Assembly: GCA_030065095.1 (NCBI GenBank)
Contig: JASJDP010000006.1
Coordinates: 16,777-80,776 of the forward strand
DNA: 64,000 nucleotides
Source of the DNA: Rhodobacter sp.
Lineage (GTDB): Bacteria > Pseudomonadota > Alphaproteobacteria > Rhodobacterales > Rhodobacteraceae
Reading direction: 5' to 3'
The notes beneath the pieces are model-generated. The model had not been told where the DNA came from. It saw nothing but the letters and a program-made list of their open reading frames with translations, and did not search any database. Every line of letters starts with the position of its first letter. The first letter of the stretch is position 1. Made by a program: the position numbers and the translations under genes. Below, piece after piece: positions 18,318 to 26,203 of this stretch.

Positions 18318-19838
18318 ATGCCGGAGCTATATGAAGCGGCAGACGACGTGAACCAAGCCCACGCGGAGCGGGAGCAAGCCTGTGCGGGCGTCCGCGCCGA
18401 ATGCGCCGATCTAGTGCAGTCGGTGGAGGCGGGTCTTTCGCAACCGCCCCGACCAGAATTATCGCCGGATGCAGCGACCTGGGCCATTGAGGCATTCTCT
18501 GGACTTGAACCGCAAAGCGCCATGTTGGCCGCCTGCGCGGCCTTTGAACAGGATGAACGGCAATTCGATCCCAGCTATGAGATTGCCGCCGACGATCCCG
18601 ATCTCATCCGCGTCGACATCGAAGCCTTGATGACCGAGCAAACCTTGACGGCACGCAACCGCGTGACGACCGCGCAAATAACCAGTGGCGTGCCCACCAG
18701 AGTTCCTGCCGAAATCGGTCAAGAAGCGGCGGGACTGACCGACGAAAAGAAACTGACTTCGCAGCACGAAACGTTGCAGCGGCTCAATGATCAGCAGAAA
18801 TCCGTTGCGGTCATCGAGGCCCGCGTGACTGACGGCAAGGAGATCAAGGCCGACGAACTGGAGCAGTTACAGATCGCCTTTAATCAACTCCGGGCTGATG
18901 GTGCAGGTGCAGCCGGCGCTCTGCGCCAGGTCGTCGCTCAAGCGAAAAGCCCGGAAACCAAACAGCACCTCAACGCCATTTTGAGCCGGGTGGCGCTGTT
19001 ACAAATCGCGTTGCCCGACAAGCCTGGCGTGGTGAACCGGCTTTTGAACACCACAGGCCTGAAATTGGCGGCAGCTACGGTGGCTGGGAGCTTTATTGAC
19101 TTCATGGCGGCGGCAGAATCCGACGAAGACTTGTCCGATGCTGATCGAACCGTCCTGCGTAACATCATCCGACGCGAGGAACGCTACGCTCGCGACGGGA
19201 CCGATGTGCAAGACGAACTGCGTCAAACCCTGACGACACCTGACGGCAAGACTGTTCCTGCCCACCCGGAAGACCAGCCCTACCAGTTCCGCGAACAGGT
19301 GCAGGGCTTTGCCCGCGCCGATGGCAGTCAACATCTACGCGCCGTCACTACCCATGGTGAACGCGTCACCCTCGACATTACGGGCTGGCCTGCAGCGGAC
19401 GTGGGTCGGGCTAGCGAACTTCTGCAGCTCTGGGCCATGACGGAAAATGAAGGCCAGACCGGTTATCTGACCGCCTTGACCAAGCTCAATTGGTCTGGCA
19501 CCGCCCAAATCGACCCGATTGCCCTCCTGCAGGCTTCGCAGGTTGTCAGCGCCCTGCTTGGTCATGGCGAGGGGCACGACGGCGACATCTTCGATGGACG
19601 GGAAACTTTGGGTATGATCCGCTGGCAAGCCCAACTGGCAAACCAAACAGGCGCGACATTGCGCGGAATCCGTGATGAAGGCCGAACCCATGACGCCTTG
19701 ATCGGCCTCGGTATCCGAGATGAAAAGGGCAATCTCGATTTGGACGTTCTTCGGGCCTTTGGTGACTTCAGTCGGGATCATTGGATGACCGCGCCTAAAT
19801 TCGACGCTGTGCAGATGCACCTTGCCAAGTTCGGTTGA
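18318..19838 (+). CDS. hypothetical protein (506 aa)
   Basis: Long ORF starting 10 nt after the previous gene. No motif I can assign. Confidence 0.5.
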   Translation: MPELYEAADDVNQAHAEREQACAGVRAECADLVQSVEAGLSQPPRPELSPDAATWAIEAFSGLEPQSAMLAACAAFEQDERQFDPSYEIAADDPDLIRVDIEALMTEQTLTARNRVTTAQITSGVPTRVPAEIGQEAAGLTDEKKLTSQHETLQRLNDQQKSVAVIEARVTDGKEIKADELEQLQIAFNQLRADGAGAAGALRQVVAQAKSPETKQHLNAILSRVALLQIALPDKPGVVNRLLNTTGLKLAAATVAGSFIDFMAAAESDEDLSDADRTVLRNIIRREERYARDGTDVQDELRQTLTTPDGKTVPAHPEDQPYQFREQVQGFARADGSQHLRAVTTHGERVTLDITGWPAADVGRASELLQLWAMTENEGQTGYLTALTKLNWSGTAQIDPIALLQASQVVSALLGHGEGHDGDIFDGRETLGMIRWQAQLANQTGATLRGIRDEGRTHDALIGLGIRDEKGNLDLDVLRAFGDFSRDHWMTAPKFDAVQMHLAKFG

Positions 19839-20250
19839 TCCTTTAAGAAACATGCATGCCCGGCCCTGACCTGCCGTTCACCATAACATCTTGTTGCTGC
19901 GGTGCTGCTTGTCAGAGCGGCCATCCGTCGTTCACGCGGCATCCAATCTGACCTGGTGCCCGAGACGCGGACCTAACCGACCTCGGCGAAGTTAGCTCAT
20001 TCGGGCTCGTTCGACCCAAAGCTGTCTCTAGTTGCCAGTCCTCAGCTCGGCGGTGCAGCCTGTATTCGTGAAATTCGCTGCAAGCGTGAAAACGGCACCT
20101 GTTCCGAGGACAAGCGCAAGACCACCACGATCAGGTTTCTGGTGTACAAGTTTCTTATGACGAACAGGATAGACGCGCCACGGGAGCACTTCGATTGTCT
20201 TTTGACGCGTTGCGGTGGTTCGTTCTGCAAAATTTAATAAGGGCTGAACC

Positions 20251-21099
20251 ATGACAGAGAACAACCTCGAATCTCAATACAAAGACTGTTTTGTAACTTT
20301 TTTCGACATTCTCGGCTTCTCTGAGCTGCTTAGGTCAAGAAGTCCGACACACATCGCAGAAATTCTTTCAGTTTTTAGAGCACTATCGATCAATGGAGAA
20401 GAACCTACGGCAATTGCCAATGCAAGCTTTCAGCCTCCTGCAAACGGCACTAGAATCGAAATTGTATCAGATGCGATTGTTCGGGTCCGGCCAAATAGAA
20501 TCGATCCGCTGACAAAAATGTCTGAGCTCTTCGACGAAATGATAGTCTTGAAGGAGATCCAGATTGGCTGCTTGCAAAAAGGCATTTTAGTCAGAGGGGC
20601 GACGACACTTGGGTCAATGTACATCGATGATGACCCCTCTGGGCCGATTTTTGGGCCTGCGCTTGCCGAAGCGTATCAGATCGAAAGTCGTGAAGTGATT
20701 TACCCGCGTATCGCCATTCACGGTGACGTTGTGGCTCGATTCAAACACGAAAAGAATCCGCTGCTCGCTGAATCATATCAGGTCGATGTAGAGATGCTCA
20801 AACTCCTACTGGCACGCGATGGCGCCGGCCTTTATTTCATCGATTATCTCCGTGTAAATTTTGAAGATCAGAACTGGAGCGCTGCCGAAACTTTTGATTT
20901 CTTGCGAAAGCACCGGAGTCTAATCCGTGATGGATTGAGAAACCATCATGGCAGTATAAGACGAAAATTCTCGTGGCTGCAAAACTACCACAACACATCG
21001 ATTGATCACGCCATACAACGCGGAATAGGTTCAGAGAGCTACCCGGAAGCAGGCGAGGTCAGCGCGTCAGCCTTGCATGCTCTCAAGATAGACGACTAA
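20251..21099 (+). CDS. class-III nucleotidyl-cyclase/GGDEF-like palm-fold protein (non-canonical)
   Basis: 282 aa in an AT-richer region (about 40% G+C in the 60-nt line at 20281). Ordered motifs FVTFFDILGFSELL, IEIVSDAIVRV, LVRGATTLGSMY and FGPALAEAYQIES mirror FxDIxGFT, GDxxM, RIGIHTG and GxxVNxAxRxE. The Asn/Arg positions look substituted. Confidence 0.45.
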   Translation: MTENNLESQYKDCFVTFFDILGFSELLRSRSPTHIAEILSVFRALSINGEEPTAIANASFQPPANGTRIEIVSDAIVRVRPNRIDPLTKMSELFDEMIVLKEIQIGCLQKGILVRGATTLGSMYIDDDPSGPIFGPALAEAYQIESREVIYPRIAIHGDVVARFKHEKNPLLAESYQVDVEMLKLLLARDGAGLYFIDYLRVNFEDQNWSAAETFDFLRKHRSLIRDGLRNHHGSIRRKFSWLQNYHNTSIDHAIQRGIGSESYPEAGEVSASALHALKIDD

Positions 21100-21787
21100 A
21101 GACGGTTCCGAATAGGTCAGCCTGCAATTCCCCATTGTGAGAAAGACCATAGTAAGAATCTATCTGGCGATGAAACTCTTTTTGCCCGCCGTAACTTGGA
21201 TGCCGAACTGTGCAGTATGCCATATCCACGGATTCGAGTGCTTTGGCCGCATCATTTCCGATCGTCACCACGCGTTCAACTGGTATAAGCGCTAGAACAG
21301 AAGTCAAGAAATCAAGCCCAACGTTGCGCTCTCGTCGGGTATGCATCCGGTTCGATTGAGGCTTATCCGACTCGTGCGGATGAAACGGAAAGACGTTCCA
21401 GAAGAACAGTTTTCGCGAAACTCGGGACCGAGCAAGATGAATCTCCGTGGCCGTACGCTCGCGCATGACCGGACCGACCGTAGCTTTCCTCAGCGTTTCA
21501 ACTTCGATCGATTGCGCATAGCCATCCAGCGAGGCCTCGTCAACGAGCGCGACTCCCGTCCGGCGTCCGCCACGCCATCCCAAATCGCGCCCGATCCAAA
21601 CGTCAACCTCATCTGCCTCAGCGCAGGCAATCAGAACCGCTCGCAGATTCTCGCGACGGACCGTGAAGCTGACTTCCACGTCCACATATTCGCAGTTCAT
21701 TGCCCACGGGTTGAAGACGCGTTCCGTTTCATAAGTCGAGAGTTCGTCGATGAATGCGTCTATTGCCGCTCGTAACCGCCTCACCAT
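21083..21787 (-). CDS. uracil-DNA-glycosylase-superfamily protein
   Basis: 234 aa from the ATG at 21787, which overlaps the upstream stop (ATGGTGA). IGRDLGWRGGRRTGVALVDE resembles UDG motif A. FFWNVFPFHPH...SNRMHTRRE and a C-terminal VRHPSYGG resemble UDG motif B (HPS). Confidence 0.6.
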   Translation of the reverse strand: MVRRLRAAIDAFIDELSTYETERVFNPWAMNCEYVDVEVSFTVRRENLRAVLIACAEADEVDVWIGRDLGWRGGRRTGVALVDEASLDGYAQSIEVETLRKATVGPVMRERTATEIHLARSRVSRKLFFWNVFPFHPHESDKPQSNRMHTRRERNVGLDFLTSVLALIPVERVVTIGNDAAKALESVDMAYCTVRHPSYGGQKEFHRQIDSYYGLSHNGELQADLFGTVFSRLS

Positions 21788-22371
21788 CGTCCAGGTTCGT
21801 TCACGTATCCACGCTCCGGCAGCCCCACTAACCATGCTTCTATCGCAACCAGGTCGTCTTCCGCAAACCTGCATTTGTGCCCCGGCCCTTTTTTTACGAC
21901 GCATCGTAGATGTTCTGGGAGCGGCAGCGCCGATTTGCCGTAGTACGCGAACTCAGCACTGATCAGCACTCTTTCCGTTGTACCAGTATCTCGTTCGCGA
22001 TTGGCAACGCTCAGGCTTCCGTCTTCTTCACTATGAAAGGAGTCCAGCTGCTGGAATGTACCGTCTTTTCCGGTCCGGTAGATGTTGTCGCCGTAGCGGT
22101 GCATCATACTGCCGCGCATGTTCGGCTTCTTGCGGGCAAATCGCGGGTCCGACCAATACTGGTCGAAAAGGATAATCTCCTCGACCTTCATCCAGTAAAC
22201 GAGGCGGCCTGACGCTCCGATTTCCGCCGACCCGGTGCCAACAACAAGGTCACCGACTTCGGCAGGTTTCCGTATCTGGGGTTTGCAATTCGCGAGCGTG
22301 CAATACCCCCAAAAAGGATTCGGCGCAAAACCATGGTCGTGTTGGACCACATAAGAGTAGAGCCGGGTCAC
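21781..22371 (-). CDS. Nmad2-like (nucleotide-modification-associated domain 2) protein
   Basis: 196 aa with a GTG start 3 nt after the upstream stop. The N-terminus LYSYVVQHDHGFAPNPFWGYCTLANCKPQIRK matches my memory of proteins annotated as the Nmad2 family. Needs HMM confirmation. Confidence 0.5.
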   Translation of the reverse strand: MTRLYSYVVQHDHGFAPNPFWGYCTLANCKPQIRKPAEVGDLVVGTGSAEIGASGRLVYWMKVEEIILFDQYWSDPRFARKKPNMRGSMMHRYGDNIYRTGKDGTFQQLDSFHSEEDGSLSVANRERDTGTTERVLISAEFAYYGKSALPLPEHLRCVVKKGPGHKCRFAEDDLVAIEAWLVGLPERGYVNEPGRW

Positions 22372-22374
22372 GAC

Positions 22375-22791
22375 TTAGCACTTGTTCCGCTTTGTTTTGG
22401 GTGCCGGACTGGGTTCTCCACCTGGCTCCTCCCAAACATCTTTCTCGCCCTTTAGCGTGACCGCAAGTTCAGGTGACTCAATATCCACGGTCACCCCATA
22501 CTTGGCCACACCATCGGGTACTCCGGCGACGCCGCCCTCCTTGCCGTGCAACCAAATGCACACGACACGGATGCCTGCGCCCGCAAACGCTTGCATCCTT
22601 TCATTCACGGCGGCTTCGTCTTCGGACGCAACCGGCAGACCGACGACACCAATGTCCGCATTCGGATCGAGGCTCGAGACATCTGAGGGGACGTCAGGCA
22701 CGGGCTCATAGCCCGCCGCTCGAACCGCGGCTTCAATCGCGGCGCGATCGGTAGCGTCAAGGTGTTCATTAAAAACATAGGCATTGGCCAT
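22375..22791 (-). CDS. hypothetical 138-aa alpha/beta protein (Rossmann/TIR-like?), basic C-terminal tail
   Basis: ATG preceded by AAGG, 11 nt after the upstream stop. No confident family. Confidence 0.5.
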   Translation of the reverse strand: MANAYVFNEHLDATDRAAIEAAVRAAGYEPVPDVPSDVSSLDPNADIGVVGLPVASEDEAAVNERMQAFAGAGIRVVCIWLHGKEGGVAGVPDGVAKYGVTVDIESPELAVTLKGEKDVWEEPGGEPSPAPKTKRNKC

Positions 22792-22802
22792 GGATTCGCC
22801 TT

Positions 22803-23456
22803 TCAGTTTCCAGATAGTGCCGTTGCAATCAGCGCGGCAATCGTGGCGCCGATCACTGCACCCGCTACCGCAACCCCTGAGGTTGCGTAGTAGAGTTGAC
22901 GAGCAAGATGATCGATACGCCTATTCAACGAGTTCAACGATGCAGTCTCGGTGGGAATCAAACCCATGAGTTCCGTGTCGATCTCTCGATATCCCGGCTT
23001 TTTTCGTTCGTAGTCTTTTGTCGCCTGATCGAGACGTGCCAACCAGATCAAGAAAGCGGGCTGGTCGCAGCGAACCGTCACCGTTTGAGGGCCAGCATTG
23101 AAAACCGCGAACATCAACTTGCCACTATACCCGGGGTCGACGTGAAACCCGCTCACGTTAACGAGGCCACTATTCTTTAATCCGCTCTTCATATTTATGA
23201 AGCCGAGTAAATCGTGAGGGAGGTTGATGAACTCGCGCGTAGGCAGGAAGGCGAACTGACCCGGCGGAATCACAATTGGCGCACCCTGATGTAGCCTTTG
23301 TGTGAGCCCGGGCTTGCGTGTGTCCCGTCCTTCAGGGCTTACGAACGCCTCGTCACCGACCCGCATCGTATAGGCCGCGCAGTCGACGCGTTCAGGGTCA
23401 AACGGAGTGATCCACGCCGCGCCATGTTCGGCGATTATGTCGCCCGAAAGAAACAT
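22803..23456 (-). CDS. dUTPase/dCTP-deaminase-superfamily protein with C-terminal coiled coil and TM anchor
   Basis: 217 aa. Matches Dcd/Dut blocks: PPGQFAFLPTREFINLPHDLLGFINMKSGL and HVDPGYSGKLMFAVFNAG. The C-terminus is SGVAVAGAVIGATIAALIATAL. The start overlaps the upstream stop (TGATG). Confidence 0.7.
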   Translation of the reverse strand: MFLSGDIIAEHGAAWITPFDPERVDCAAYTMRVGDEAFVSPEGRDTRKPGLTQRLHQGAPIVIPPGQFAFLPTREFINLPHDLLGFINMKSGLKNSGLVNVSGFHVDPGYSGKLMFAVFNAGPQTVTVRCDQPAFLIWLARLDQATKDYERKKPGYREIDTELMGLIPTETASLNSLNRRIDHLARQLYYATSGVAVAGAVIGATIAALIATALSGN

Positions 23457-23941
23457 CAGGTCTCCGGCGCGTGGACTGGCCGGCGCGCGAGTTGTTGGCG
23501 TCTTTCGTTGACCAGAGCATCGAGATCGAGACCGGCGACCGAGGCGCTACGCGCGATCCACTCGACTAGGGCAGCGTTCGCATCTAAGGCAATTGCCCGG
23601 AATTCCTCCAGATGATCGATCTTCTCACACGCATCTGCGAAACGCCCCGCTTGGTCAGTAAAGGTCAGGTCCGATGGTTCCTCTTCTTTCTCATTCTCGT
23701 AATTGAAGTCTGGCAGGGCTTGGTTGAGCGCGTTGGCGGCGCTAAGTGCAACCAGAAACGCGTCTACAAATGTTTCCGCCCTGCTCTTGACCTCGGTACT
23801 GCCGCGAGCAAAGCGCCCCGCGTACTTTGCGAAGTGCAATCCATAGTGCTTCAGTCGATCCGATCGCGAGAGCGATACAATGTCGAAGTGGTTGCGGAGA
23901 TCGTGTTCGTGCTGGGCTTGTTGCCGAGTTCGCATCAACAT
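23456..23941 (-). CDS. hypothetical all-alpha protein (weak MazG/HisE-like resemblance; function unassigned)
   Basis: 161 aa, helical by composition. AETFVDAFLVALSAANAL resembles the second MazG helix, but the EExxE motif is not evident. Confidence 0.4.
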   Translation of the reverse strand: MLMRTRQQAQHEHDLRNHFDIVSLSRSDRLKHYGLHFAKYAGRFARGSTEVKSRAETFVDAFLVALSAANALNQALPDFNYENEKEEEPSDLTFTDQAGRFADACEKIDHLEEFRAIALDANAALVEWIARSASVAGLDLDALVNERRQQLARRPVHAPET

Positions 23942-23965
23942 GATCGGTATCCTTCAATCCAAAAT

Positions 23966-24244
23966 TCACTGAGCCGCGTAGCGCAAGCCAAGCTTCGCTA
24001 GAAGCTCGGTGGATTGGCGGCCTGACAAGTACGGACCCCTTGGTGGGAGATCGGCCATGTCGGCAGGTTCCACATCTGCGAACTTCGCTCCCGTCGAGAT
24101 CTCTGCGATCCGGCCGCCGTTCACGCCAAACCAGGCCGCTATATCGTGCTGTCGATCACCACGGGCGAGCATCCCCTTAACGATCGCTGCATCGCTTTCA
24201 TCCAAACGAATTCCGCTAGGCTCTGCCCTAAAAACCGTGTTCAT
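23966..24244 (-). CDS. small HTH-like DNA-binding protein
   Basis: 92 aa from the ATG at 24244 (MNTVFRAEPSG...). AAIVKGMLARGDRQHDIAAWFGVNGGRIAEI looks like a helix-turn-helix. The longer ORF to 24475 is rejected. Confidence 0.5.
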   Translation of the reverse strand: MNTVFRAEPSGIRLDESDAAIVKGMLARGDRQHDIAAWFGVNGGRIAEISTGAKFADVEPADMADLPPRGPYLSGRQSTELLAKLGLRYAAQ

Positions 24245-24479
24245 TATACTCTCCGTAGTGGCTCGAGTCCGGGTTTCCTCCATATATTGTGGCGGACTCC
24301 AAGTATTACAACCTCCGTCAAGGACACCACAAACCCGAGAATTCCGGATCGATAGGTTCGATCGCCCGCGACAGCCGCACATAGTTTGTCCGCTTCGCGC
24401 AATCGGACCGCATACAGACTCCGTGACAAGGGGTGGCGACCCGTTTCGCAATTCCTGTTCCTGCTCATTGCCCACCCGG

Positions 24480-24698
24480 TTACTTTTCCCTGACGGTCGT
24501 CCTCGGATTTGCCTTGCCGTGTTTCGCGGTTACGAAGCGCCCACTGATAGCGCTGCGATAGCTCCCACCGGTCGATCCGCTCTTTCCCGGCGCCTCTTTC
24601 ACTGTCGTCCGAGGATGCGACTTCCCATAGGCTTTCGTGACGTAGCGGCCTGAAGTCGCGCTGCGATAACCGCCGCCGACCTTCCCTTTCCCTGCCAT
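24480..24698 (-). CDS. 72-aa basic protein made of two tandem about 30-aa repeats
   Basis: GGYRSATSGRYVTKAYGKSHPRTTVKE is followed by GSYRSAISGRFVTAKHGKANPRTTVRE. ATG at 24698. Confidence 0.5.
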   Translation of the reverse strand: MAGKGKVGGGYRSATSGRYVTKAYGKSHPRTTVKEAPGKSGSTGGSYRSAISGRFVTAKHGKANPRTTVREK

Positions 24699-24757
24699 CG
24701 ATCTGCTCCTTTTCGTTGCATTTTGGCGGAGTTGGACTAAGAGTGGTTCTGAGTCCT

Positions 24758-24776
24758 TATGTAGACTATCTACATA
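24758..24776. promoter_or_regulatory. inverted repeat TATGTAG-ACTAT-CTACATA, candidate operator of the Xre/RES module
   Basis: Read directly. Lies about 48 bp upstream of the antitoxin ATG (24824), in the divergent intergenic region. Confidence 0.4.
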
Positions 24777-24823
24777 GAGACTCTCTGGGCCGTCAAGTCC
24801 AAAAGCGGACAACAGGAGGATCA

Positions 24824-25216
24824 ATGCAACCACATACAGATTCTGCGCCCGAACACGGCGCGGGAGCGGTCAGGATTCCAGCTGTCATGGATGCTTTCGC
24901 AAAGCTTGCCGAGGATTGGGAACTCTCGACCGATGAGCAAATTACACTTCTTGGTTCGCCCGGACGCTCAACATTCTTCAAGTGGAAGAAGTCCGGAGGC
25001 AATCTCCCACACGACACGATCGAGCGCATTTCTCATCTGCTTGGTATCTACAAATCGCTGCAGATCGTCCTTCCCGATCCCGAAGCGGCAGATGCGTGGG
25101 TCAAAAGACCGAACGCGTTCTTCGGCAACCGCAGCGCCCTCGATGTGATGCTCGAAGGGCACGTGGTCGATATCTATAAGGTGCGAGAATACCTCGATGC
25201 ACAACGTGGCGGGTGA
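24824..25216 (+). CDS. Xre/MbcA/ParS-type antitoxin (DUF2384 toxin-binding domain)
   Basis: ATG preceded by AGGAGGA. C-terminal WVKRPNAFFGNRSALDVMLEGHVVDIYKVREYLDAQRGG is typical of the family. Confidence 0.8.
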   Translation: MQPHTDSAPEHGAGAVRIPAVMDAFAKLAEDWELSTDEQITLLGSPGRSTFFKWKKSGGNLPHDTIERISHLLGIYKSLQIVLPDPEAADAWVKRPNAFFGNRSALDVMLEGHVVDIYKVREYLDAQRGG

Positions 25217-25943
25217 CTGTAACGTCAAAGATGTCGGTGACATCTTCTTCGTATTGATACCCTCACGGTTTCCGCCTGTGCCGCTCTACCGGCGCATCGC
25301 GGATGGTTACGACGACGACATCGCAGCTGTCGCCGAGCTTCACAATCCGCGCCTGAGAGAGAAACAGCGCGTGCTTGGAAATGCGGGCATCGCCGTTGAT
25401 GAGACATCCCCGCGTTTTCAGAATTGGAACCATGCACCCTTCACGTATTCGAACCCCGAAGGCAGCTGGTTTTTTGATCGGTTCGTGCGCTGTTTGGAGA
25501 TGTCGCAAGACAAGCAGACCGCCCTGGCGGTCTCCGTCGCAAAGAGAGAGCGCTTTCTTAAGCGGACAAAAGAAGCGCCCATTGGGTTGGACATGCGGAT
25601 GTTGAGCAGAAAGGTATCTGGCGCGTTTCTGGATGCGCAGTCGGTTCCCGCTGAGCTTCCACAGGAAGAGCGACGCAAGCTTGGAACGGAGCTTCTTGCT
25701 CGTGCAAAGCGCGATGCGCTCGCGGGCGTGCTGTTTCGATCGATCGAGCGACCAAGCGGCACCCGCGTTTGTGTACTAGATGGCGATGTGCTTGATCGGG
25801 CCATCCAGGGAGAGCACTTCAGATATGTCTGGGATGGCGATCGGGTGTCGACTCTCTACGCCTTCGACAACTCTGGCGGCGATGAAGACAACCAGATCGA
25901 CCCTCGCGATCTCGGCGGGCACACGGACATCCTTGCTGCTTAG
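25197..25943 (+). CDS. RES-domain toxin (NAD-targeting family)
   Basis: 248 aa, overlapping the antitoxin end by 20 nt. QTALAVSVAKRE and VLFRSIERPSGTRVCVL fit the Glu and Ser blocks. The Arg block alignment is less clear. Confidence 0.7.
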   Translation: MHNVAGDCNVKDVGDIFFVLIPSRFPPVPLYRRIADGYDDDIAAVAELHNPRLREKQRVLGNAGIAVDETSPRFQNWNHAPFTYSNPEGSWFFDRFVRCLEMSQDKQTALAVSVAKRERFLKRTKEAPIGLDMRMLSRKVSGAFLDAQSVPAELPQEERRKLGTELLARAKRDALAGVLFRSIERPSGTRVCVLDGDVLDRAIQGEHFRYVWDGDRVSTLYAFDNSGGDEDNQIDPRDLGGHTDILAA

Positions 25944-26203
25944 GTGCTCACCAGGTTTCTGGCTGCACGGACGGATTGCAAGGACCTAGTCAACGTCCAC
26001 TTTAGAATGTTGAGACTGGCTATCTGCGCCCGCAACGAACAACTGCATCCCACCCTTCCTGCCGAGAATGACCGATATCGCCGAATCTGCGCTTTCGATG
26101 TCCGCTCCAGCGACATTGGGATCAAGTTCTCGCGAATGCAGAGAATGGCCGAAAACCGCCGATCTTTCAGCGAATTGAAATCGCCCCAGCCAAACTTCCG
26201 TGG

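Noticed and set aside
20251-21099. Calling the cyclase-like gene a Pycsar or CBASS system
   Set aside because: There is no adjacent effector with a cNMP-binding, TIR, TM or patatin domain in the same operon. The catalytic Asn/Arg positions also look non-canonical. It is kept as an unassigned palm-fold protein.
23456-23941. HEPN RNase call for the 161-aa all-alpha protein (R-x5-H at RSDRLKH)
   Set aside because: The motif sits near the N-terminus rather than in the usual C-terminal helix, and it occurs by chance easily. The evidence is insufficient.
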